NCBI GenBank assembly: GCA_044377005.1
Contig: JBILJV010000006.1
Span: 1 to 58,737, forward strand
DNA length: 58,737 bases
Origin: Bacteroidia bacterium
GTDB lineage: Bacteria > Bacteroidota > Bacteroidia > NS11-12g > UBA955
Reading direction: 5' to 3'
Position 1 is the first letter of the stretch; every line of letters begins with the position of its first letter. The notes under the pieces are model-generated. The model had not been told where the DNA came from. It made no database searches and saw only the letters and a list, made by a program, of their open reading frames with translations. Below are positions 37,243-47,300 of the stretch, piece after piece. The translations under genes and the position numbers were made by a program.

Positions 37243-40200
37243 ATGAAATCTAAAAACATATATATGAATATTATTTTTATAAATAACAATACATTTAAAA
37301 ACCATTTATTAATTATCCTGCTTCTTTTTACAGTAAAAACAAATGCACAACCACCAGCAGGTGCTGTATCTGCTAAGCCAAACATGATATATTATGCAGG
37401 TGGTAGTTGTAAATTTTACGACATCAATGATAATTTACTTCTTTCTGTAGATGCTACAGAAGCTGGTTGGTCAGCTACTCCTGCCAAAACTGCTTGGGTA
37501 GTTGTAACCCCTACAAATGGAGGTTATTACGAATTCCCTAACTACACTTCAAATACACCTACATGTAATATCTCTCAATATCTTCAGCCATTTTGGAAAT
37601 CAGACACTATTTTTAATGAGTTAGTACTTTTAAATGGGGTTAATACTACCGCAAAACTCATGTTTAAACCTGCAAAAATTATTTCAGTGACCAATTATGA
37701 TTTTTCTAAATCTTATGTGCAAAATACAGATTTTTCAATTTTAGGAAATGTTATTAAACAATTAAATACAAAAATATCGTCTACTGTTTCAATTGTAGCA
37801 GGGAAAAAAGGGAATGGACAACTTAATGGATTAATGAATACAAAAGCTACTTCATGGACTTGTGTTACATATATTCCCGATAGAAGTAATTGGAATGGAT
37901 CAAATTTGATTGGATATAAAGGCGATAAATTACCTAAAACTATGGCAAAATTAAAAGCAGGTTTACCCGTAAAGATTCAAGCTTATGGCATGAGTATAAC
38001 GGCAGGTCTAAATGTAAGTGGTTTTGCTGGTGATGATAAAAACTTTACCCCTACAGCACCATACATGCGTAGTTATGTAGAATTGTTAGAAAACTCACTG
38101 GAAGCAAAATTTGGTTCAGATGTTACTATTATAAATGGCTCATGTGGTGGTAAAATGGTAGCTTGGATTGACCAATATTGTGAAAGCATGGTGGTGCCTA
38201 ATGTGCCAGATTTAGTTTTGTTAGATATGGGAATGAATGACATTTGGGGTACAACCACCAATTCAGCATTTAAAACTAGTATGCAATCTTGCATTAATAA
38301 AATAAAAAATGCAAATCCTAATACTGAATTTATTTTAATAGGCAATATGCTGCCTGATGTAAATTCACAAGGAGCTCCATCAAATGGCGATGTTCTAATG
38401 TATGGTTTCTTATCTCAATTAAAAAGTATAGAATCCAATGGAATTGCTGTATTTGACATGACCACTTTAAGTGATACAATATATAAAAGAAAAGGAGCTA
38501 CACACTGCCTTTCTAATTCACTGCACCCCAATGATTACTTAGCAAGGTGGTATGCTCAAGGATTAACTGAATTATTTAATGATGGAAGTATTATTGATAA
38601 AAAACCTAAAAAATATTATGTAAATAATACTGGAAATAATACCGATGGATTAAGTATTGCAACTGCTTGGAACAGTTTGGATAAAATTAATTTGAAAAAT
38701 TTTAATCCTGGAGATACCATTGTTTTTGAAGGGGGTAAAATTTTTACAGGTAATATTGAATTTGATAACAATGACGGCAATTCATCTTCAAAGCCTATTG
38801 TTTTAACAACTTATGGGTCTGGACAAGCTACAATTAAAACAACACTAACTTCAAAATGTGGATTCAAAGCCACCAATACACAGGGATTTCAAATCAGTAA
38901 TCTAAAATTTGTTGGACCAGGAAATGGAACCCAAAAAGATATTGATGGCATGTTATTTTTTACAACTAATCAAAATGGCTATTTAAGTAATATTCAAATC
39001 AAAAATTGTGAAGTTAGTGGATTTGGCTATTGTGGAATCAGATTTTATTCCAATTGGGATGTAAATGTTAAAGCAGGTTATAAAGACGTAATTATTGACC
39101 AATGTAAAATATTTGATTGTCGTGAAAATGGCATTGTAACATTTGGATACGATGTACAATCCACTAATTTTTATCATCACAAAAAATTCACTATAAAAAA
39201 TACAGAAGTTTATAATATAACTGGCTATGCTTCTGCATCGCACAAGGGCAGTGGAATTGTTCTTTCTCAAATAGACTCTAGTGTAATAGAACGATGTGTG
39301 GCATATAACACAGGAACTGCCAATACTGCTTGTGGTGGACCAGGAGGAATATGGGTTTGGGCCGCTAACGCTATTACAATACAATATTGTGAAAGTCACC
39401 ATAATTCATCTGGAACTTCAACTGGTTGTGATGGATTAGGATTTGATTTAGATGGAGGTGTAACAAATTCCATTATTCAGTATTGCTATTCTCATGACAA
39501 TGATGGAGCAGGCTATTTATTAGGAAATTTTGCTGGAGCAAGACCTTGGGGAAATAACATTGTTAGATATTGTATTAGTGTAAACGATGCTAAAACAAAT
39601 AATTCCGCAGTTACTTTATTCACTGCACCAAATACAATATGGAATGGATTAAAACTTTATAACAATACTATTTATGTTAGCCCCTCTTCGAATAACAAAT
39701 ATAGTACTTATGGTGCTTTTCAAATGACAGATTATGGAACAAATATGTCAGAAGTAGAATGTTATAATAATATTTTCTATACCAAAGGTGGATTACCATT
39801 GATTACTGTACCTAATACATTCGTAAATCAAACACCAAAGTTTATTGGAAACTTATATTATACAGACGGAGAAACTTTTACAATTACATACGGAAATAAG
39901 TATAATTCATTAAATGATTTTAGAAATGCTGGAATTTACTGCGAAAAAAACGGAAGCAAAAACACTGGTTTTAATACAGACCCTCTTTTAATCAATACAA
40001 ATAAAAGTCCATTGACTATTTTTCCAAAACCAACAGATTCATTAGATGCTTTCCAGATTTCTCAAATGTCACCTTGTAGAAATACAGGTTTGGATTTACA
40101 AACATTATTTGGTATTAATGTTGGTAAACATGATTATTGGGGAAATCAATTAAAAAATGAAAATAGCTTTGAAATCGGTGCATTTGAATGGAAAAACACA

Positions 40201-40470
40201 TCTACTGATATAATATCAACAGAACTTTCAACTATTAAATTATTCCCTAATCCAATTGGAAGTCAAGATTTGATTATTAGTTTCCCGTCTAACAACATAC
40301 TTGAAACTAAACTTGACATATATGACATTAAAGGCAAATTATATATTTCACAAATATTAACAAATGAGATAAATACAATAAAAATAAATTCTATACCATT
40401 AGGGTTATATTTTATCAAAATAAGTGATGGTAAAAATTTTCAAACTTTTAAATTAATTAAGAGTGAATAG
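37243..40470 (+). CDS. T9SS-secreted SGNH/GDSL hydrolase + right-handed parallel beta-helix protein
   Basis: SGNH blocks YGMSIT, GSCGG, GMND, NSLHPND; then YYVN..GNN.DG...AW, PGDTI.F and beta-helix repeats (IQYCESHHN, GFDLDGG, IQYCYSHDN); IGAFE; CTD LFPNP...GLYFIK...KLIK. Confidence 0.85.
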   Translation: MKSKNIYMNIIFINNNTFKNHLLIILLLFTVKTNAQPPAGAVSAKPNMIYYAGGSCKFYDINDNLLLSVDATEAGWSATPAKTAWVVVTPTNGGYYEFPNYTSNTPTCNISQYLQPFWKSDTIFNELVLLNGVNTTAKLMFKPAKIISVTNYDFSKSYVQNTDFSILGNVIKQLNTKISSTVSIVAGKKGNGQLNGLMNTKATSWTCVTYIPDRSNWNGSNLIGYKGDKLPKTMAKLKAGLPVKIQAYGMSITAGLNVSGFAGDDKNFTPTAPYMRSYVELLENSLEAKFGSDVTIINGSCGGKMVAWIDQYCESMVVPNVPDLVLLDMGMNDIWGTTTNSAFKTSMQSCINKIKNANPNTEFILIGNMLPDVNSQGAPSNGDVLMYGFLSQLKSIESNGIAVFDMTTLSDTIYKRKGATHCLSNSLHPNDYLARWYAQGLTELFNDGSIIDKKPKKYYVNNTGNNTDGLSIATAWNSLDKINLKNFNPGDTIVFEGGKIFTGNIEFDNNDGNSSSKPIVLTTYGSGQATIKTTLTSKCGFKATNTQGFQISNLKFVGPGNGTQKDIDGMLFFTTNQNGYLSNIQIKNCEVSGFGYCGIRFYSNWDVNVKAGYKDVIIDQCKIFDCRENGIVTFGYDVQSTNFYHHKKFTIKNTEVYNITGYASASHKGSGIVLSQIDSSVIERCVAYNTGTANTACGGPGGIWVWAANAITIQYCESHHNSSGTSTGCDGLGFDLDGGVTNSIIQYCYSHDNDGAGYLLGNFAGARPWGNNIVRYCISVNDAKTNNSAVTLFTAPNTIWNGLKLYNNTIYVSPSSNNKYSTYGAFQMTDYGTNMSEVECYNNIFYTKGGLPLITVPNTFVNQTPKFIGNLYYTDGETFTITYGNKYNSLNDFRNAGIYCEKNGSKNTGFNTDPLLINTNKSPLTIFPKPTDSLDAFQISQMSPCRNTGLDLQTLFGINVGKHDYWGNQLKNENSFEIGAFEWKNTSTDIISTELSTIKLFPNPIGSQDLIISFPSNNILETKLDIYDIKGKLYISQILTNEINTIKINSIPLGLYFIKISDGKNFQTFKLIKSE

Positions 40471-40632
40471 GTGTTTTTATTATTTTATCTCAATTTTGTA
40501 AATTTATGAGCTAATAAATTGAAAAATAATTTTTTTTAATTAAAAATTAAAGAAATGTAAGTTATATAATACATTTAAATTCAATCAAGTTCTTTTTGTA
40601 CTTAATACAATACAACTTCAAAAAAAATGGTT

Positions 40633-40647
40633 TAATTGTGACAATTA
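40633..40647. promoter_or_regulatory. Candidate operator palindrome TAATTGT-G-ACAATTA
   Basis: Perfect 7-1-7 palindrome ending 16 nt upstream of the -7 box at 40664. Confidence 0.35.
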
Positions 40648-40663
40648 GTAACAAGAAAACTAT

Positions 40664-40671
40664 TAAATTTG
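40664..40671 (+). promoter_or_regulatory. -7 box (TAAATTTG)
   Basis: Exact TAnnTTTG upstream of TTG 40691. Confidence 0.55.
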
Positions 40672-40690
40672 CCTAACAAATATCAACTTC

Positions 40691-43489
40691 TTGAAAAAAT
40701 TTCTACTGATTTGTTTCTTACAAATAGTATTCACAAATGCTAATTCACAAAGTATAAGTATAAGAGATTATAACTTAGAAGTTTCATGTGTATCAAGAGT
40801 TCGAAATTCATCAACTTCAATTTTGGATTTTGCATGGAAAAATCCACCACCAACAGCTAGAGCACAAAGGGTTTACAGAAAGTCAAAAACCTCCTACACT
40901 TGGGGAAGTGCATACCGCACCCTCAATATGAATGATACCACATTTAGTGATACTATTACAACCGGTAGTGATTTTGAATACCGATTTGAAAAAGATACAG
41001 GTAGAGATGGATACTCAGTTCAGGGTTATATTTATTCTGGCCACAGAGTTTTACCTGTCAAACAACGAGGGACTCTGTTATTAATTATAGACAGTACACA
41101 TCGCGTGTTTTTGTCTAATGATTTAAGGACATTCAGAAATGATTTGACTGGCGACGGATGGTATACCAAGGTAATGTGGGTGTCTCCTAGCACTAGTGTC
41201 TCAACTATTAAATCATTCATTGTTAGTGAATATAACTCAAATCCTACTCAGGTAAAAAGTATTTGTTTAATTGGTGATGTTGCAGTTCCATACTCTGGAA
41301 ACTTTTCTTCATCTGGCATTTTTCCTCCTGATGGACACACCACTTTTTCGGCACCTAGTCACGAAGGTGCTTGGCCTGCGGATGTTTATTACGGTGATAT
41401 TAACAGTTCTAGTTGGACTGACAATACAGTAACTAATAACGCTGGAGCTAGAGCGGCGAATAACAATAACACATCTGATGGAAAATTTGATCAAACATCC
41501 TTGCCCACATTAATTGAACTTGGGGTAGGAAGAATAGATTTATCTAATTTTACATCGTTCTCGGAAACAGAAAGAGAACTATTGAGACGATATTTTAAGA
41601 AAAATCACGATTACAAGCATTTGAATTTCACCACTGTACCAAGATGTTTAATAGACGACAATTTTGGACTATTAAATTACTCTTATCCCTATATTGACGA
41701 ACATTTTGCTGGCAATGCATACAGAAATACTGCTCCATTAATCAATAAAGATTCTTGTTTTAATCTCGATTATTTGACAACTTTAAATACAAAATCATAC
41801 CAATGGAGTTATGGTTTTGGTGCAGGAGGATATTCCAGTGCTTCGGGTGTATCAAATACCTCGCAAATGGCTTCCTCAACCCAAGAATTAAAAACGGTAT
41901 TTACAGGTCTATTTGGTAGTTACTTTGGCGATTGGGATAATACCAATAATCTTCTTAGAGCTCCATTAGCGGCCAAAGGCCATGCATTAAATTCCTTTTG
42001 GGTTGGTAGACCACATTGGTTTTTTCATCACATGGGTTTGGGTGAAACTATCGGGTATAGCACCATGAGAACTCAGTATAATTATGATACAATTGCAAAC
42101 TATCTGCTATACCCAACTACTGCTTTTAGCTACCTACAAATACATCCTGCACTTATGGGTGACCCAACAACCCGTTTGAATGTTGTAGAACCAATCACCG
42201 ATTTTGTTGTGAAACAAGACAGTTGTAATCAAAGGTTTAAATTGTCATGGACAGAACCCACCGACACAGCTGTAAATCAATATTTTATTTTTAGAGCAAA
42301 ACACATAGACAGTTCTTTTGTTGAAATTGGCATATCCGCAAATCAAACCTTTACTGATAGTTTCCCTTTGACTGGGAACAATGTATATATGGTTCGTGGC
42401 ATGAAACTACAAGTCAACAATAGTGGTTCATATTTCAATTTAAGTCAAGGTATCTTTGATACTATAAGTTATTCCATCCCGCTTTCCAATGTAGGTTCTG
42501 ATACTTCGTATTGCTTAAATACCACTGTAACACTTGGCTATTTGCCTACTCAAAACAACAATAAGACAAGCTACTTATGGATGCCTAATAATGTAAATAA
42601 CCCAACTATTACAACTACTATAACTGGCAACGAATCTAAATATCTTACAATTAAAGATACATTATCAGGGTGTATTATTAAAGACACTTTAAACATTAAT
42701 GCTTTGTCTTTACCTATTAAGGATAGTATTAATCTAAGCTATAATTATTGTAACGATTCTATACTGTGGAGTTGTACAAACCTAAACCCTTCAAGTTATA
42801 TCTATACTTGGAATTTTGAAGGCGGAAACCCTAATGATACTTTTGGAAGTGGACTTATTAATCCAGGTTTAGTTGTATACCCCAATACCGGCACTTATGC
42901 AATGGTATTAAGCATAACTAACCCAAGTAATACCTGCTTTGTTTTAGATACTTTAATTCATACTGTATCGTGTATCTCACTTAATTTGGATGAAGTCAAT
43001 ATAACATGTTCCGACAATTCAGTAACTGTTCAATTAAAGGATGATTTTATCTATAAATACCCCCAACTTTCACTTTATGGCTTATTCAACAATGAATGGT
43101 TTTACATAGAAAGTATAAAAACAAAGGGAGCTTCAAGTTATGTGTTTAATATCAATAATACTTTTTCCGATTATCAAATTAGAGGAATAAAAAATGGAGA
43201 TTTGATTGAGACAGAGCTTGGAGAGTGCAGTTCAAATAAACTTGGAAAACAAGTTACCGTTTACCCGATTCCATTTCATGACTTATTACATTTACAATTT
43301 AATCGGTCAGAACCATTCCGAAAATCCTACTTGGTAGAAATAATGAGCTATGATGGCAAAATTGTATATCATCAATATCATAAAGAGTTATTATTAAGTT
43401 TAAAACTAAACGACTTAATTAAAGGTGCTTATTTAATTAGAATTATTGACCAATACAATATTCAAACATTCAAAATCAATAAACAATAA
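40691..43489 (+). CDS. T9SS-secreted protein with FN3-like domains flanking a peptidase C25 (gingipain)-like core
   Basis: ICLIGDVAVP, PADVYYGD, LGVGRIDL and LMGDPT scaffold motifs; FN3-like LSWTEP...Y.IFRA; PKD-like WNFEGG.P; CTD VYPIPF...GAYLIR...FKINK. Confidence 0.75.
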   Translation: MKKFLLICFLQIVFTNANSQSISIRDYNLEVSCVSRVRNSSTSILDFAWKNPPPTARAQRVYRKSKTSYTWGSAYRTLNMNDTTFSDTITTGSDFEYRFEKDTGRDGYSVQGYIYSGHRVLPVKQRGTLLLIIDSTHRVFLSNDLRTFRNDLTGDGWYTKVMWVSPSTSVSTIKSFIVSEYNSNPTQVKSICLIGDVAVPYSGNFSSSGIFPPDGHTTFSAPSHEGAWPADVYYGDINSSSWTDNTVTNNAGARAANNNNTSDGKFDQTSLPTLIELGVGRIDLSNFTSFSETERELLRRYFKKNHDYKHLNFTTVPRCLIDDNFGLLNYSYPYIDEHFAGNAYRNTAPLINKDSCFNLDYLTTLNTKSYQWSYGFGAGGYSSASGVSNTSQMASSTQELKTVFTGLFGSYFGDWDNTNNLLRAPLAAKGHALNSFWVGRPHWFFHHMGLGETIGYSTMRTQYNYDTIANYLLYPTTAFSYLQIHPALMGDPTTRLNVVEPITDFVVKQDSCNQRFKLSWTEPTDTAVNQYFIFRAKHIDSSFVEIGISANQTFTDSFPLTGNNVYMVRGMKLQVNNSGSYFNLSQGIFDTISYSIPLSNVGSDTSYCLNTTVTLGYLPTQNNNKTSYLWMPNNVNNPTITTTITGNESKYLTIKDTLSGCIIKDTLNINALSLPIKDSINLSYNYCNDSILWSCTNLNPSSYIYTWNFEGGNPNDTFGSGLINPGLVVYPNTGTYAMVLSITNPSNTCFVLDTLIHTVSCISLNLDEVNITCSDNSVTVQLKDDFIYKYPQLSLYGLFNNEWFYIESIKTKGASSYVFNINNTFSDYQIRGIKNGDLIETELGECSSNKLGKQVTVYPIPFHDLLHLQFNRSEPFRKSYLVEIMSYDGKIVYHQYHKELLLSLKLNDLIKGAYLIRIIDQYNIQTFKINKQ

Positions 43490-43554
43490 CGATAAACTTG
43501 AAGGTGTAATGTCCTTATCAAATAAGGATTTCAACATTGCATTAAGAGTATTAG

Positions 43555-44373
43555 TTACTTAAAAAAAAGTACTCTAAAAAGGGTAAATAGTGAAAAAGCA
43601 AAAAATAGAAACAAGATTATTGAAGGTCGCATTTTTTGAGCCAGTATAATACCCCATCTTGCTGATATTGCCGCAGATAAACCCAATGGAATAATGGCTA
43701 CCCACATCATAAAACCTGTTTGAAAAGTAGGAAAAACCAATAAAATTGGCTTTTGAACCATGTAATAAATGATGAGAGGTAAGGCAATTATAGGAATAAC
43801 AGACAATGACAAACCTGTAGAAAACCGAACAGGAAGTTTTAATATTTTGTTAAAATAAGGTACCATTATTACCCCTCCACCTAAACCTGTTAATGATGTA
43901 ATTATTCCTGCAAAAAGACCAGCAGGGATAAATTTTTTATAGGGTGGTAATTTCAGAATTTCAGAATCTTTATTTTTAGAAAATTGACCAATAAGCACCC
44001 TTATGATTGTCACTATTAAAACCAATGTGAAAAACGATTTAAAAATAGACAAATCATTAATTTCAAAAATATTAAGCAATACAGTTACAAGTATAGAAGA
44101 GCAAACTGCAGCAATTCCAGTATAAATAGTGGCTTTTGTGTCTGTATTTTTCAATTGCCTTTGTTTTAAAAACCCCGACAAGCCAACTATAAAAATAATC
44201 ATCAAACTATTGCCAATCGTATAAGAAACAATGTCTCCGGGAGCAACTTTGTCTTGAATAATGTATTGAATAATAGGAATAAAAACCAATCCGCCACCTA
44301 CACCCAACAAGCCCGATAATATTCCGCCGAAAACGCCTGCCCCTAATAAGAACAACAATGATAAATAATCCAT
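43555..44373 (-). CDS. TauE/SafE (TSUP) family membrane transporter
   Basis: Duplicated GLLGVGGGLVFIP / SLTGLGGGVIMVP motifs; about 8 TMs. Confidence 0.9.
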   Translation of the reverse strand: MDYLSLLFLLGAGVFGGILSGLLGVGGGLVFIPIIQYIIQDKVAPGDIVSYTIGNSLMIIFIVGLSGFLKQRQLKNTDTKATIYTGIAAVCSSILVTVLLNIFEINDLSIFKSFFTLVLIVTIIRVLIGQFSKNKDSEILKLPPYKKFIPAGLFAGIITSLTGLGGGVIMVPYFNKILKLPVRFSTGLSLSVIPIIALPLIIYYMVQKPILLVFPTFQTGFMMWVAIIPLGLSAAISARWGIILAQKMRPSIILFLFFAFSLFTLFRVLFFK

Positions 44374-46010
44374 TATTTCTTATTTAAGATTTGCTGATAT
44401 TGCATTGAATTATTGAATATTTCAAGCGATTTTAAGATGTATTGATCGTGTTTAAAGGATTGAATAAAGCCTCCTTCTTGATATTCATAACGCCTAACAA
44501 TCTCTTGGGCTAACAATTGACTTATGCTAGTTTGATGCTTTTGTATTTCTTGTAGTTTATAGTCGTACAAAAACTTTTCTATTGCTGTTATTGAAGATTG
44601 AATTGATTCTACATTAGGTTTAGACTTTAATTTTACTTTCAATTGTTCTAATTGCTTTTCCGTTTCGCTCGACTGAATTTCTTTTTGCTTTTTTACAAAT
44701 TGAACAAACTCTTCGAACATCTGAGGGGTAAACAAAAACTGACTAGCAGTAGGAATAGACTCTTTGCTTGAAGCAAACTTTGTAGCATAATCAAACATCA
44801 AATAACTTTTTTCAAGTAAGTCTACAATTTCGGGTTTATCTTCTTTTTTGATTTCAATATCAGGCTGAACACCTCCTCCTTCTAATACTTCACGACCGTT
44901 TTTTGTTTTAAACTTCTTTTTCAAACTATCGGGCATTACTTGTGCTTTTCCATCTTTAGACTTATTGCTATAATCCAATTCTTGAATACATCTCCCTGAC
45001 GGAATAAAATATTTAGCAATTGTAACCTTCATTTGAGTACGGTACACTAAAGGTCTTACATTTTGAACCAATCCTTTACCAAAAGTATTTTCTCCAATTA
45101 CAACTCCCCTATCGAAATCCTGAATAGCGCCACAAACTATTTCACTTGCCGAAGCAGAACGATTGTTCACCAACACCACCAATGGAATAGTGGCATCTGT
45201 AGCAGGATCAAGAGTTTTATAATTTTTACTTGCATCAGCTGAACGTCCCTTTGAATACACTACCAACTCACCACCACCAATAAATATATTAACAATATTT
45301 ACCGCTTCATGTAACAAGCCACCTCCATTATCTCTCAAATCAAGTATTACTTTACTAATCCCTTTACTCTTTAAACTCAACAATGCTTCTTTTACCTCAG
45401 CACCTGCACCCATTGTAAAGTGGTCGAGACGGATATAACCCGTTTCGGAATTAACCAATCCAAAATAGGTAACATTTTTAACCTTTATTTCTTCTCTGAA
45501 AATCTCTAATAGTTTTTTTTCTCCATTCCTTTCAACCAACAAAGTTACTTTAGTATTTGGTGCACCTCTTAGGGCATTCCCAACTTCTTCTGAAGATTTA
45601 GCAATGAAACTTTTACCATTAATTTCCAATAATTTATCTCCTATTTTTAACCCTGCTTTATCGGCTGCAAAACCTTTGTAAACATTGGTAATGTATGTAT
45701 AATCTCCCCTTTTTATACTTTGACTACCTAAACCACCATATTCTCCACTTCGCATCATCATGGCGTCTTCTGCCTGACTTTCTGTGTAAAAATTAGTGTA
45801 TGGGTCTAGAGAGGCTAACATAGCATCAATACCAACTTTCATTAAATCTCCTGGTTTTACTTCATCTACATAATCGCGGTTAATGGTTTTATAGACGGAA
45901 CCAAAGATTTCCATTTGTTTACTAATTTCAAAATAATCATCCGCTGTTTTAAAGGCAAACAATAGAAAGGAAAAAATAGCAATTAAAACAATCTTGTTCT
46001 TTTTTAACAT
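44373..46010 (-). CDS. S41 C-terminal processing protease (CtpA/Prc) with PDZ domain
   Basis: LDPYT, PDZ domain, LDLRDNGGG, SASASEI, TFGKGLVQ, GGVQPD; signal peptide from ATG 46010 (track start 46112). Confidence 0.93.
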   Translation of the reverse strand: MLKKNKIVLIAIFSFLLFAFKTADDYFEISKQMEIFGSVYKTINRDYVDEVKPGDLMKVGIDAMLASLDPYTNFYTESQAEDAMMMRSGEYGGLGSQSIKRGDYTYITNVYKGFAADKAGLKIGDKLLEINGKSFIAKSSEEVGNALRGAPNTKVTLLVERNGEKKLLEIFREEIKVKNVTYFGLVNSETGYIRLDHFTMGAGAEVKEALLSLKSKGISKVILDLRDNGGGLLHEAVNIVNIFIGGGELVVYSKGRSADASKNYKTLDPATDATIPLVVLVNNRSASASEIVCGAIQDFDRGVVIGENTFGKGLVQNVRPLVYRTQMKVTIAKYFIPSGRCIQELDYSNKSKDGKAQVMPDSLKKKFKTKNGREVLEGGGVQPDIEIKKEDKPEIVDLLEKSYLMFDYATKFASSKESIPTASQFLFTPQMFEEFVQFVKKQKEIQSSETEKQLEQLKVKLKSKPNVESIQSSITAIEKFLYDYKLQEIQKHQTSISQLLAQEIVRRYEYQEGGFIQSFKHDQYILKSLEIFNNSMQYQQILNKK

Positions 46011-46015
46011 CTTTA

Positions 46016-46023
46016 CAAAAATA
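46016..46023 (-). promoter_or_regulatory. -7 box (TATTTTTG)
   Basis: Exact TAnnTTTG, 5 nt before ATG 46010. Confidence 0.6.
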
Positions 46024-46205
46024 ACAAAACTTGAGGAATATAAAAACCAGAGCAATCCCAATCCATATAAACATTTAAAATCAAGCTTAGTAATTATAAC
46101 ATACTTATTCAATTTTTATAATTTGGGTGTCATTCAAAACTAAATTTATAATGCTTTAATAAATTAAAAATGTGAAAAAAAATTAATTATAATTGTGAAA
46201 TACAA

Positions 46206-46213
46206 TAAATTTG
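46206..46213 (+). promoter_or_regulatory. -7 box (TAAATTTG)
   Basis: Exact TAnnTTTG upstream of ATG 46233. Confidence 0.55.
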
Positions 46214-46232
46214 CAATAAACAATAAAGCAAT

Positions 46233-47249
46233 ATGAGTGTAAAAGTAAAAAATGCAAAAAATTTCCAAGAAACCTTTAATCAAATTCTTGAAAATCACAT
46301 TCCTGCTAATATTTCTTTGGCTAGGGAACTAAGCGAACTTTTAGACATCAGTTTGGATAGTGCTTATAGAAGGCTTAGAAATGAAACAGATTATACATTG
46401 AATGAAACTTCAAAAATTGTTGAATATTTTAAAATTCCATTTGAATCATTAAATTCAGAATTGAACAATGTGGTATCATTCACTGTAAATCACCTTAATA
46501 GTGATACAAAATCTTATCATTCTTATTTAAATAATATGCTTACTAATCTTGAAAGATTGGCTTCTATGGAAAATGTCCATATTACCTTTGCTGCTGAAGA
46601 TATTCCTGTATTTTATCACTTTGGATTTCCACAATTAATGGATTTTAAAATTAAATATTGGTTAAAATCCTTGATGAATGTCTCTGAGTTCCAATATAAA
46701 CATTATGAAAAGATTGACTTGCCAGAAGAGATTGTTAATACAGCTAAAAAGATATTTTTAACCTATCAAACCATAGATTCAACAGAAGTTTGGACCAATG
46801 AAACGGTTATTAGCACCATCAAACAAATTAAATATTATTATGATGCTGGCTTTTTTAATAAAACAGAAAGCGTTTTAGAAATCATTTCCCAGTTAGAATC
46901 CATGATTCAATTAATCCAAAAAAACTGTGATATGGGTTATAAATTCAATCAAAATGATAGCATGACTTCCACTAAATTGCAGTTTTATTTAAGTGATGTA
47001 ATGATTGGCACCAATTGTATTTTGGCAAAATCCAAACAATTATCGGCCTCATTTATCAGTTACAGTTCGTTTAATTTTATGCAAACCACCAATGCTAATT
47101 TTAATCAACAAAATGAACAATGGTTGAACAATATTTTAGCTAAATCGACCTTGGTAAGTGGGGTATCAGAAAAACAAAGAAATCAGTTCTTTAAGAGTAT
47201 CTACAAACAAATTGATGAATTAAAACAACACATCCAATCGGAAGGTTAA
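46233..47249 (+). CDS. BetR-like N-terminal helix-turn-helix transcriptional regulator
   Basis: SLARELSELLDISLDSAYRRLRNET..TL.E HTH; AAEDIPVFY; STEVW; C-terminal RNQFF. Confidence 0.75.
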   Translation: MSVKVKNAKNFQETFNQILENHIPANISLARELSELLDISLDSAYRRLRNETDYTLNETSKIVEYFKIPFESLNSELNNVVSFTVNHLNSDTKSYHSYLNNMLTNLERLASMENVHITFAAEDIPVFYHFGFPQLMDFKIKYWLKSLMNVSEFQYKHYEKIDLPEEIVNTAKKIFLTYQTIDSTEVWTNETVISTIKQIKYYYDAGFFNKTESVLEIISQLESMIQLIQKNCDMGYKFNQNDSMTSTKLQFYLSDVMIGTNCILAKSKQLSASFISYSSFNFMQTTNANFNQQNEQWLNNILAKSTLVSGVSEKQRNQFFKSIYKQIDELKQHIQSEG

Positions 47250-47250
47250 A

Positions 47251-47258
47251 TAAATTTG
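47251..47258 (+). promoter_or_regulatory. -7 box (TAAATTTG) for the epimerase-GT2-GT-C operon
   Basis: Exact TAnnTTTG just after the regulator stop codon. Confidence 0.5.
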
Positions 47259-47275
47259 TAAAACCTAAGGTTTTA
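47259..47275. promoter_or_regulatory. Candidate operator palindrome TAAAACCT-A-AGGTTTTA
   Basis: Perfect 8-1-8 palindrome abutting the -7 box; a 1-nt loop is too short for an RNA hairpin. Confidence 0.45.
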
Positions 47276-47300
47276 AATTAGATTCGAAACCAATTTAGGT

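Noticed and set aside
46171-46205. TGTGAAA direct repeats upstream of the BetR-like gene
   Set aside because: Only two short AT-rich copies; cannot be distinguished from chance without comparative data.
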